Below, one piece after another: positions 1 through 8,686 of a stretch of 32,000 bases of DNA (its first letter is position 1; every line of letters begins with the position of its first letter). The notes under the pieces are model-generated. The model did no database searches, had not been told where the DNA came from, and was given only the letters and a program-made list of their open reading frames with translations. Source of the stretch: Wolbachia endosymbiont of Cimex lectularius (GTDB lineage: Bacteria; Pseudomonadota; Alphaproteobacteria; Rickettsiales; Anaplasmataceae); the NCBI RefSeq assembly GCF_000829315.1, contig NZ_AP013028.1, positions 240,001 to 272,000 of the forward strand, written 5' to 3'. Both the position numbers and the translations under genes were made by a program.

Positions 1-245
1 GAGCTTGACGATATTCCACTATCACTTGATATTGATACTGCATCAGAGTCAATGCTAAAAGTTGACAAGGAGTGGGTTCTATCTTTTCCAGGAATTCGGC
101 TATTTGTTTTAGCTTTTGATCTAACTTTTATTGGTATTGTTTCACTTTTGACTGAAGTGGAGTCAAAAATAATCGGGCTACTGATAGCCTTTATAGGCTG
201 ACCAGCTGATTTCGACCTTTTTGATTTTCCCGTCTTTTTACTCAT
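1..245 (-). CDS. hypothetical protein, N-terminal part (runs off window start); strand ambiguous
   Basis: ATG at 245..243 has GAGGG 6 nt upstream and an in-frame stop 4 codons upstream. The frame stays open for 81 codons to the window edge (MSKKTGKSKRSKSAGQPIKAISS...). The + strand frame 1 is also open over 1..201 (...LFVLAFDLTFIGIVSLL...IAFIG*) and shares third-codon positions. One of the two is therefore a shadow ORF. Confidence 0.35.
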   Translation of the reverse strand, partial: MSKKTGKSKRSKSAGQPIKAISSPIIFDSTSVKSETIPIKVRSKAKTNSRIPGKDRTHSLSTFSIDSDAVSISSDSGISSS

Positions 246-413
246 TTCAAACCCTCAATTCATTACCAATACAACTTAATTTTAAATGATAACTATTAAC
301 TATGCATGAATATTATTTTTGGCAAAGTCTCTTGCGATGCTCAAAAGTAGAAACAAAGGCTTGATTTTTATATCCAAATAATAGACTATCAAAGGCACAC
401 ATAAATATCTACA

Positions 414-2999
414 ATGCAAGAAAAAACTTTCACAATCATCGATGGTTACGGCTTTCTTTTCAGAGCTTATTACGTTTTGCCTCATTTAGTTACCTCAACC
501 GGTATGCCAATAGGTGGCGTGTATGGCTTTCTAAATATGGTTCTTAAGTACATTACTCACTCGGATTACTTGACCATAGCATTTGACTCTGGCAAAAAAA
601 ATTTCAGGCACGATTTATACCCCGAGTACAAAGCAAACAGGGTAACTCCTCCTGAGGACTTGATTCCACAGTTTGCAATACTGAGGGAAGCAGTAGAAGC
701 TTTCAATCTCAGCTATGAAGAGATTGAAGGCTATGAAGCAGATGACATAATTGCAACACTAGCTGCGAAATACGCCAACCACCAAGACTTTAAAGTGGTA
801 GTAGTTTCGTCAGATAAAGATTTGTTTCAACTCTTGAATCACAACATTTTAATATTCGACCCTATCAAAAATATATACATAGATGAAAAACAAGTAATAG
901 GAAAATTTGGTGTAAATTCAAACAGGCTTCTTGATTTATTTTCTCTAACTGGAGATGCATCTGATAACATCTCGGGCGTTCCAGGAGTAGGCCCAAAGAC
1001 TGCAGCCAAATTGTTGGATGAATTTGGTTCCTTGGACAATATTCTGGAAAACATTAGTAGCATTGAGCAAACGAGGGTACGTAATATTCTTACCGAACAT
1101 AAGGAAAAAGCGCTAATTTCACGAAAACTTTTATTACTATGCGAGAAAGTAGATCTTCAGCATGATGTTGCAAAATATGAAGTTCATCCTCCAAATATGG
1201 AGAAATTGTTATCCTTTCTAAAGAAGTATGAGTTTAATTCATTAATAAACAAAGCGGAGAAGCTTTTTTCCTATAATAAACCCAGCGCGGAAAAGAAACT
1301 AGAATATAGTAGTGAAGAATTAGAAAAATTTTTGGAGCACTGCAGATATGAAGGCAAAATCGCAATCTATTGCCATTTTGAAAACAATGTACTCAGTAAA
1401 ATCTCCTTGTCTTGCAGTGAAGATGATATTTTCTACATAGATCAAAACTGCCTACAAGATGCACTAATCACAATCAACTTAGTTTTGTTTTTAAATGGGG
1501 TGCTTAAAATAATACATGATGTTAGACAGGTCAGAGAAACATTTTCTACAATAGAAAAAGTGCTAGGCTCAGTTGATGATTTGATGACAATGTCATATAG
1601 CCTTGACACAGGGAAGCATGATCACAGCATTCCAAGCATAATTGCACATAATTTTAGTGAAAATGTAGAGGTTTTCTCAGCAAAAACTTTAATAGCAATC
1701 CATGAAAAGCTGACACAAAGATTGTTCCAGGAAAAGCTTTTTACAATTTACGAGCGCTTCGATAAGCCGCTTATGAAAGTGATACTCAACATGGAGAAAA
1801 ATGGAATATTATTAAACATTCAAAAACTGCAGGAATTGTCTGATAAGTTTCAACAGTTACTCACTGTGCTTGAGGATGATATATATAATTTGGCAGGAGA
1901 AAGATTCAATATTGCTTCGCCAAAACAATTAAGTGATGTTTTGTTTAATAAAATGGGGCTTAATAAGAAGAAAAAGTTAAAATCAGGATCGTATAGCACA
2001 AACTCTGAAGTACTAGAAGAACTTGAAATGGAAGGAGCTGAAATTGCAAGTAAGATTTTAGATTGGCGACACTTAAGCAAGCTAAAGGGTACCTATACCG
2101 ATGCGCTAATAAAGCGGGTTGACCCTCTTGATGGTAGAGTACACACGAGCTTCTCAACAACTGCAACAGGTAGGCTTAGCTCCAGCAATCCTAATTTGCA
2201 GAGTATTCCTATCAGAAGTGAAGAGGGAAGCTTTATCAGGCAAGCATTTATTGCACCAAAAGGATACAAGATAATTTCTGCCGATTATTCACAAATAGAA
2301 TTGAGACTTTTGGCACATATCGCGAATGTTGCAGCATTTAAAGAGGCTTTTGCAAATGGACAAGACGTTCACAATATCACCGCAAGGCAAGTTTTTGGAG
2401 TGCGAGAAGGTACAGAGGTAGATAAACAGCTAAGGCAAAAGGCAAAATCCATTAATTTTGGCATTATATATGGCATTAGCCCGTTTGGCCTTGCAAGGCG
2501 GTTTAAAATTACCGTTGAGGAAGCTGCCGAATACATTGATTATTATTTCTCCTGTTATCCAGAGATAAAGGTCTATATGGAAAAGGAGATGTCTATCGCG
2601 AGACAGCACGGCTATGTAGAAACTTTGTTTGGTAGAAGATGCTTTGTAGAAGACATAAACAATAAAATCCCTTACTTAAGGCAATTTGCAGAAAGGGCAG
2701 CGATAAACGCACCTGTGCAAGGAACTGCTGCTGATATAATAAAAAGTGCAATGATTCGACTTTATGATCAGTTAAAAGCTGGTAAAATAATTCTCCAAGT
2801 TCACGATGAGCTACTGGTCGAAGTAGAGGACGACAAGGTACAAGAAACAGCAAAACTTGTGAAAAACGTAATGGAAAATGCAGTAAAAATTTCCGTACCA
2901 CTTGAAGTGGAGGTAAAAATTAGTGACAACTGGGGCTCAAATTTTCTTAATTATGATTTAAACACCGCAAATTCCGAGAGTATAAATCATTTGAACTAA
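414..2999 (+). CDS. polA: DNA polymerase I
   Basis: 861-aa ORF. It has 5'-3' exonuclease motifs (IIDGYGFLFRAYY, GYEADDIIATLA, SSDKDLFQL, LTGDASDNISGVPGVGPKTA). It also has family-A polymerase motifs (DYSQIELRLLAH, RQKAKSINFGIIYG, QVHDELLVEV). Confidence 0.95.
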   Translation: MQEKTFTIIDGYGFLFRAYYVLPHLVTSTGMPIGGVYGFLNMVLKYITHSDYLTIAFDSGKKNFRHDLYPEYKANRVTPPEDLIPQFAILREAVEAFNLSYEEIEGYEADDIIATLAAKYANHQDFKVVVVSSDKDLFQLLNHNILIFDPIKNIYIDEKQVIGKFGVNSNRLLDLFSLTGDASDNISGVPGVGPKTAAKLLDEFGSLDNILENISSIEQTRVRNILTEHKEKALISRKLLLLCEKVDLQHDVAKYEVHPPNMEKLLSFLKKYEFNSLINKAEKLFSYNKPSAEKKLEYSSEELEKFLEHCRYEGKIAIYCHFENNVLSKISLSCSEDDIFYIDQNCLQDALITINLVLFLNGVLKIIHDVRQVRETFSTIEKVLGSVDDLMTMSYSLDTGKHDHSIPSIIAHNFSENVEVFSAKTLIAIHEKLTQRLFQEKLFTIYERFDKPLMKVILNMEKNGILLNIQKLQELSDKFQQLLTVLEDDIYNLAGERFNIASPKQLSDVLFNKMGLNKKKKLKSGSYSTNSEVLEELEMEGAEIASKILDWRHLSKLKGTYTDALIKRVDPLDGRVHTSFSTTATGRLSSSNPNLQSIPIRSEEGSFIRQAFIAPKGYKIISADYSQIELRLLAHIANVAAFKEAFANGQDVHNITARQVFGVREGTEVDKQLRQKAKSINFGIIYGISPFGLARRFKITVEEAAEYIDYYFSCYPEIKVYMEKEMSIARQHGYVETLFGRRCFVEDINNKIPYLRQFAERAAINAPVQGTAADIIKSAMIRLYDQLKAGKIILQVHDELLVEVEDDKVQETAKLVKNVMENAVKISVPLEVEVKISDNWGSNFLNYDLNTANSESINHLN

Positions 3000-3034
3000 T
3001 ATGAAAAATATGCTACAATTAAAGTATAGTAAAT

Positions 3035-4129
3035 GTGAGTAAGTCAGTTATGACAGGAATATTAGCTCTACAAACAAAGGATTCGAAATCTTCTATTCAG
3101 TTAACTGACGAAGATAAGAAAACTTTTGAAAAAAAAGAACATCAGTTAATCTATCGTGCTTTTCTAGATACTTTAGAGAATCCAGAGAAGCAAACACAAC
3201 AGGAGATAGAGGAAATAGCAAAGGAGCTGCAAAAAAAACTTTCAGAGGAGCAAAAACAAAAATTACTGGGTGATCTGAAGTCATTAAAGGGACGGGTACC
3301 TCGATTACAGAATGAAAATGAAAAGAAAATTTTTACTTTTGTACTTGAGAATAGTAAAGATATATTCAAGAATGTCGATCCAGAAGATATAAAGTCACTA
3401 AGTGAAGAAAATTTCCTTCAGTTTTTAATTTCCGTATTTGAGAAAATTAGAGAAAAAAATTTAGCTAGCAAAGAGAATTTAGGGAATAGTAAAATAAAAG
3501 AAGTAATTGATGAGTGTATAGATGATATACGCGGTACAGAAGCTAAAGATTCACTTATAAAGCTTGCTGGGTGGCCGTTTGGAATAAAGGTAGATCCTAA
3601 AAACATTTCTGGCTCCTTGATGAGTGGGCTAAAAGAAAAAGTACCATTTTTAGGTGGAGGTAAAGAAAAAGATGAGCCACCACTTAGTGATGAAGAAATG
3701 GTAACAACGTTCTTACGTAAATCTTTACTTCCTGTTGCTCTTTTTGCTTTTACGACATTAGTCTTTGGCACTGGCCCAATTATGCTAAGTATTGCTGTTG
3801 TTGGACTTTTATTCACTGAAGTAAATGCAGTCAAAAGTCTTTTTTCAAATAACAGGAAAGGTACTTTGTATAACCCTGATACTGAAAAGGAGAAAGAATG
3901 GGGTGGTGAAATTGGTAGTAGGATTAGTGAAATTCTAGAAACTCCAGTTAAGGGGGCTGGAAAAGATAATCAACCTGCTTTAGCAGAAGAGCAGCTTACT
4001 CAAAAGGGTAAGCTGCCTACTGTACCTGGGCAAGGAGTTAATCGAGCGAAACAAGAACGATCCTTTCAGAAGCAAGAAGACGAGCGACGAAAAGAAGCAG
4101 AAAATCAGGCCAATACCCTTAACTTATAA
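3035..4129 (+). CDS. hypothetical K/E-rich coiled-coil-like protein with central bilobed hydrophobic hairpin
   Basis: 364-aa ORF with a GTG start; an internal ATG lies 5 codons in. The N-terminal ~225 aa are charged. A hydrophobic segment LLPVALFAFTTLVFGTGPIMLSIAVVGLLFTEV follows, then a polar ~100-aa tail. No recognisable enzymatic motif. Confidence 0.7.
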   Translation: MSKSVMTGILALQTKDSKSSIQLTDEDKKTFEKKEHQLIYRAFLDTLENPEKQTQQEIEEIAKELQKKLSEEQKQKLLGDLKSLKGRVPRLQNENEKKIFTFVLENSKDIFKNVDPEDIKSLSEENFLQFLISVFEKIREKNLASKENLGNSKIKEVIDECIDDIRGTEAKDSLIKLAGWPFGIKVDPKNISGSLMSGLKEKVPFLGGGKEKDEPPLSDEEMVTTFLRKSLLPVALFAFTTLVFGTGPIMLSIAVVGLLFTEVNAVKSLFSNNRKGTLYNPDTEKEKEWGGEIGSRISEILETPVKGAGKDNQPALAEEQLTQKGKLPTVPGQGVNRAKQERSFQKQEDERRKEAENQANTLNL

Positions 4130-4222
4130 CTCAGTTGTATCTGTTCAGCGGAATGGTAAAATGAGATAGACAAGGTGCTCTAAAAAAAGTAATCATATAG
4201 TAAAAGTGAGTTTACAACAAAT

Positions 4223-4403
4223 GGTGTCATCCCAGTGCTCCGACACTGGGATCCAGCCTTTCCATAATCATCAAAACGTCGTATTTTAACATAAAACAGC
4301 TACTTTTATACTCACCAACTTAATAAAATTCCTGGATGCCAGTGTCAAGCACTGGCATGACACCCTAGTGGTAGGCTCAAATCACAATGTTCGTACAGTT
4401 GTG
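4223..4403 (-). mobile_element. truncated MITE copy A (one terminal inverted repeat only)
   Basis: This 181-bp stretch is the reverse complement of 8687..8867, with 3 substitutions plus a flipped 5-nt hairpin loop. It keeps the end CAATGTTCGTACAGTTGTG (4385..4403) and two internal hairpins. It lacks the 47 bp that carry the other end. Confidence 0.75.
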
Positions 4404-4712
4404 TTATCTGCTTGCGAATGCGGGGGAGAGATTGCAATATGTGAAAAACCCTATATTCATCAAAAAGTTGATCTTCCGGAAATCAAGCCGTATGTAGTGG
4501 AATATCAGCTAGAGCATGGCCGTTGTCGAAAGTGTGGAAAAAGTAGCAAATTACCAGAAGGTGTGACATCAGATACATTTGGGCCAAGGGTTAAGTCGAT
4601 AATTGCGGCACTTAGTGGGTTTTACAAAAATTCAAAGCGTGGAGTGTTGTTTACCGCAAAAACTCATATTTTACACAATCGGAGCGAGGAAATACATTCC
4701 TTGAGCGAATAA
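4404..4712 (+). pseudogene. transposase N-terminal zinc-finger fragment (IS66-family-like), truncated
   Basis: The translation CECGGEIAICEKPYIHQKVDLPEIKPYVVEYQLEHGRCRKCG...FGPRVKSIIAALSGFYKNSKR resembles the CxxC...CxxC DNA-binding region of IS66-type transposases. No DDE domain follows. The track ORF (4368..4712) begins inside the MITE end, so that start is artefactual. Confidence 0.5.
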
Positions 4713-4977
4713 TTTCGTTATACTTAACATACAAAAGGAGCTAAATCCTTTCCACAGCCTCTTATCTATTGTTTCTTAAACCGCTCCCCTGAATGGATAC
4801 TATCAAACAAGATACATAATAAATTCGCTAAACCTCTATAATTGCAGGAAAACTTTTTAATTTACCATTGGGATTTGGTATTAGAAGGTATTAATAACTA
4901 CACACAATTTCTTGCAAATATTCAATCTTTTTGTGCCTAAATTTTTAAGCTCTGGATATGTTGATCAAAAAAATACC

Positions 4978-6786
4978 TTACGTTTGCTCTTCAACGCACC
5001 TCTTGATGCACACCCCTCCACTTTCCTCTGGCAAAAATCCACCAACTTGTGCATCCCATAGAGTCCTATACATTCCATTTTTATCGAGCAATGCTTGGTG
5101 CGTGCCGTCTTCTATAATCTTACCCTGGTCAAACACTAAAATACGATCCATATGCAAAAGTGTAGATAGGCGATGGGCTATTACTATTGTAGTTTTACCT
5201 TGCATCAACTCCCATAAGGATTCTTGAATGTTACTTTCAGTCACAGAATCAAGTTGTGAAGTTGCTTCATTAAGAATTAATATCGGAGCATTTTTTTAAA
5301 TAGCTCTTGCAATTGCAATACGCTGCCTCTGCCCACCTGAAAGTTTTACACCTCTTTCGCCAACAAGTGATTCATAACCCTGGGGTAATTTTGAAATAAA
5401 TTCATGGGCATGCGCACGTTTGGCAGCCTCTATCACTTCATCATCACTAGCATCTGCTTTGCCGTAGCGAATATTTTCCATCAGAGTCCTATGAAAAAGC
5501 GATGGATCTTGTGGAATCATTCCAATGTTTCTGTGCAAAGAATCCTGGGTTACATTACGAATGTCTTGTCCATCAATTGAAATTTTCCCAGATTTCACGT
5601 CATAAAGCCGGAGGATCAGATTCACAAATGTCGATTTACCACTACCTGAATAACCAACGAGCCCTACTTTTTGACCAGACTTAATTATTATGGATTTGTT
5701 TTCAAATATTGGTTCTGCATCTTTATAGTAAAAATGAACTTGATTAAAAGTAATTTCCCCTTTTTTAACGACCAGATCTGCTGCATCTGGCTGATCTTGG
5801 ATTTCAGGAATCACAGTAATTGTCCTCAAAGCCTGAGTAATCCTTCCCCATGACTTAGAGAACTGTGAGAAATCTTTAGCTATCATCCAAAGAAAATTAG
5901 CTATTGCTATATTAACAGTCATAACAAAAGCAAAATCTCCAGCAGTAATTGACCCTTGCCCCCTTCCTTTAATTAGGAAATATAAATTAAGTATTTGCAT
6001 GATTAGAAATAAGAAGCCATAGAAAGTAAAAATCCACGTATATAACCATTAAAGTTTCTGTTCTGCTTTAACGGCTTCACTATGAGTAGCTCGCAAAGAT
6101 AATTTTTCCTGGTACTTACTTGCAAACAACCTTACAGACATGATATTTGAGAATACATCCACCATTTTACCAGTAATGCTTGAACCAAGCTCTGACCACG
6201 CATCTGCAAGATGCGTTATCTTTCCTGCAAGTAAGAGGGAAGACAGAACAAATAATGCAGACCAAGTTAACATCAATAGAGCAAAATTAATATTTATTTG
6301 CCATAAAAAGTAAATTGCGATACTAAGCGCTAATGCACGACCCATGACCCTGTCAGCCATAATTTGCATAATATCTGGAATATAATTTGTCAAATCATTA
6401 ACCTTGTTGGCAAGACTGCCAGAGAAGTTGTTTTGGTAGTAGCTATTATCTTGATTTAATAATATGGCAATACTCGATTCAACAATGTTTTTACGGAGAT
6501 TAGGGATCATCTTAATTTCGCAAAAATAGTTGTATAATCTATTCATACACTCAAGTAAAAATAGTATTAGTACATAGGATATAGCAGGAGTTGCTATGCT
6601 ATGAAAAAGATCATCTGCATCTGATATTGAAGCACGATCTATAATAATTTTTATCAAGTATGGACTAAAGGAAATATCAACAGCCCAGACTAATGCTGTC
6701 AGCAATACTATTGTAATATGAAACGGAAATGGGCGCAGCATTTTTAGAATGAAAGATATGACCTGCTTTGTTGTGATGTCATTCAT
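4978..6786 (-). pseudogene. ABC transporter, fused permease/ATPase (MsbA/HlyB-type exporter), disrupted by two in-frame TAA codons
   Basis: Three ORF pieces (6786..6049, 6000..5296, 5244..4978) all lie in one frame. They are separated only by TAA at 6051..6049 and 5298..5296. Motifs present: Walker A GYSGSGKST, signature LSGGQRQRIAIARAI, Walker B ILILNEATS, H-loop IAHRL, and an N-terminal multi-TM half. Confidence 0.85.
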
Positions 6787-6881
6787 TTGAACTACACGCG
6801 GAAATGCTAATCAATTTGAAAAATTTACGCTGCCTTGTATCATAATATCTTATCAATCAAAAATAAAAAAGGGAAATAGCC

Positions 6882-8174
6882 GTGCTCAACATACAAAATA
6901 ACGCTCCACTTTGCAGGCAATGGATATTCTTGGCAGTATGTGCTCTTGCTTGTTCTGGGTTGCTATCAATAATTGTTATTTTTCTACGATTGCCTTTTAT
7001 TTCCTCTCTCATTCCTTCTGCACAATATATTTTTGACAATGCGCTGGTGATACACGTGAACTTGTCAATTTTGGTGTGGATGTGCTCTATAATATCTCTG
7101 CTCCTTATCATAAATCTACAAAACACCAATAATTGGCTCAACTTTTTATGGATTCTTTCAACCCTTTCCATGCTGCTGATGTTTATATCCGCATTTGTCC
7201 CAGACACTGAAGTTATCAAAAGTAACTATATTCCCGTATTACAAAACAAATTGTTTTTGTTTGGGCTCGGTTTGTTTATTACCAGCATATTGGCAAATGC
7301 AGTCCTCAACTACGTGTCAAGTAAACAAGCTTCGTACCTTTCCGTTGGGCAAATTGGACTGGTTATTATACTTGTATCATCATTTCTTTGCTTTGCTCTA
7401 GCCCTCAAAAATATGCCTACAGGTCTGTATCACTCGGATAAGAGTTTATTTTACGAATATCTCTTTTGGGGAGGCGGTCATTTGCTGCAATTTGCCTTTG
7501 CTCAAGGGATGTTTTTGGTTTATTTGATAATGCTAAATTCCAGCGTCAATCTAGCTTCAAGCAATAAAATTTTACCGCTATTTATCAACACAATCTTGGC
7601 TGTAGGCGCGCCGTTTATATATTTCGTTTATTCGGTGGATAGTGCTGAATTGATACAGTTTTTTACTTGGCATATGAGGATTGCTGGAGCAGTTTTGCCG
7701 TGTTTCTTAATAATGCTCGTGTATCGCAATATAAAGGCCTTACTTGATGAGAAGGGCAATTATTTGCTCCATTCATTTGTATTATTTATCTATGGAGGCA
7801 TGCTTGGAGTGTTGACTATTGAGGGAAATGTCACCATTCCTGCTCATTACCATGGTTCTGTGGTTGGTATCACTATAGCTTTTATGAATTTTGTCTACTG
7901 GCTGTTGCCAAAACTAGGCTGTAAAGAGATAAAAAGCTCTGTGGTAAGATTACAGATTTATGCATACAGTTTGGGACATTTTCTCCATATTACTGGCCTC
8001 GTATGGCTTGGTGGGTATGGCGCTTTAAGGAAAGTTGCGGATTTACCAAGCATTTCGTCGGTGCTAGCGCGCATCTGTTTCATTATGGGTGGAGCTGTAT
8101 CAGTTGTTGGTGGAATGCTGTTCGTAATAATTGTGCTTTTATCTCTACTTAAAGGCAGGGCGCGTACCAACTAA
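6882..8174 (+). CDS. polytopic integral membrane protein, possibly heme-copper oxidase subunit I-like (divergent)
   Basis: 430-aa ORF (GTG start) with about 12 hydrophobic segments. The motifs LFWGGGHLLQF and IPAHYHGSVVG recall the GHPEVY and HFHYV regions of oxidase subunit I. The functional call is weak. Confidence 0.75.
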   Translation: MLNIQNNAPLCRQWIFLAVCALACSGLLSIIVIFLRLPFISSLIPSAQYIFDNALVIHVNLSILVWMCSIISLLLIINLQNTNNWLNFLWILSTLSMLLMFISAFVPDTEVIKSNYIPVLQNKLFLFGLGLFITSILANAVLNYVSSKQASYLSVGQIGLVIILVSSFLCFALALKNMPTGLYHSDKSLFYEYLFWGGGHLLQFAFAQGMFLVYLIMLNSSVNLASSNKILPLFINTILAVGAPFIYFVYSVDSAELIQFFTWHMRIAGAVLPCFLIMLVYRNIKALLDEKGNYLLHSFVLFIYGGMLGVLTIEGNVTIPAHYHGSVVGITIAFMNFVYWLLPKLGCKEIKSSVVRLQIYAYSLGHFLHITGLVWLGGYGALRKVADLPSISSVLARICFIMGGAVSVVGGMLFVIIVLLSLLKGRARTN

Positions 8175-8271
8175 GAAACGGAACTAAAAAACTACTTGAC
8201 AACTTTCGCCGTTACCCTTATAATGAGACTGAAGCTATTTGTTTATCTTCGCAATCTGTGCAGGTTAATGA

Positions 8272-8401
8272 CAAAAAACTTAGGGTATTTGGCGTCTCAT
8301 GTTTAAATTTTTGTACTATGTGCACCTTACGTCTTTTTAAAACTTCTGGTTTTTACCTATACAAGCTGAAACGCGCTTATAAGTCGTTTAAGACAGTATA
8401 G
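8272..8401 (+). repeat. ~100-bp segment paralogous to the 3' end of the serine recombinase region (31903..32000)
   Basis: By-eye alignment gives ~80% identity (GTATTTGGCGT...ACTATGTGCAC...GTCTTTTAAAACT...ATACAAGCTGAA). By my reading the same frame is open here as in the recombinase and ends at TAG 8399..8401. Confidence 0.55.
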
Positions 8402-8430
8402 AACGTCAAATAGACAAGGGAGAATTTGAA

Positions 8431-8660
8431 TACTAGCTGCCCTAGAGTTTTTTTGCCTTTTTTTCCGCTCAGTAAAATTTTTAACGTTTACAGTTTTGAT
8501 TAGTTGCATTTAAAAGTAGCTGAATCGTAGCGCTGAGAATAAAAACGCCGATATTTGAGGTACATATAAATAATTAGCCACCAACTGGGCTTCTTTCGCC
8601 TTTTTTTTGCTTGGTAAATTTTTTAATGCTTATAGCTAGTTGCAATTTATGAACTGGGTA
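8431..8660. repeat. degenerate two-unit tandem repeat (~140-bp period)
   Basis: Unit 1 is around 8431..8525 (TACTAGCTGCC...TTTTGCCTTTTTTTCCGCTCAGTAAAATTTTTAACG...TAGTTGCATTTAAAAGTAGCTG). Unit 2 is around 8571..8660 (TAATTAGCCACC...TTTCGCCTTTTTTTTGCTTGGTAAATTTTTTAATG...TAGTTGCAATTTATGAACTGG). They are ~70% similar by eye. Confidence 0.4.
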
Positions 8661-8686
8661 AAGTGTTGTCATTCCAGCGCGTGACG

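Noticed and set aside
1-201. A plus-strand ORF is open from the window start to TGA 199..201 and has a TM-like C-terminus.
   Set aside because: It is not fully rejected. It shares third-codon positions with the minus-strand ORF 245..1, so one of the two is a shadow. The minus ORF has an SD plus ATG, and I listed it at low confidence. A homology search is needed to decide.
839-2901. Track ORFs antisense to polA (839..1063, 1850..2080, 1960..2166, 2593..2901).
   Set aside because: They are fully nested in, and antisense to or out of frame with, a strongly supported polA gene. Their composition is low-complexity, as is typical of shadow ORFs in AT-rich DNA.
3093-3834. Antisense ORFs inside 3035..4129, including a 138-aa one.
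   Set aside because: They are the mirror of a K/E-rich coding strand (giving F/S/L-rich antisense), with no RBS and no motif.
4958-5853. Plus-strand ORFs 4958..5227, 5502..5684 and 5671..5853.
   Set aside because: They are antisense to clear ABC-ATPase motifs on the minus strand.
5296-6051. In-frame TAA codons as evidence for stop-codon reassignment or a selenocysteine-like recoding system.
   Set aside because: TAA terminates polA, the 3035 ORF, mgtE and others at their expected ends. The prfB site shows normal UGA stop recognition. Pseudogenisation is the simpler explanation.
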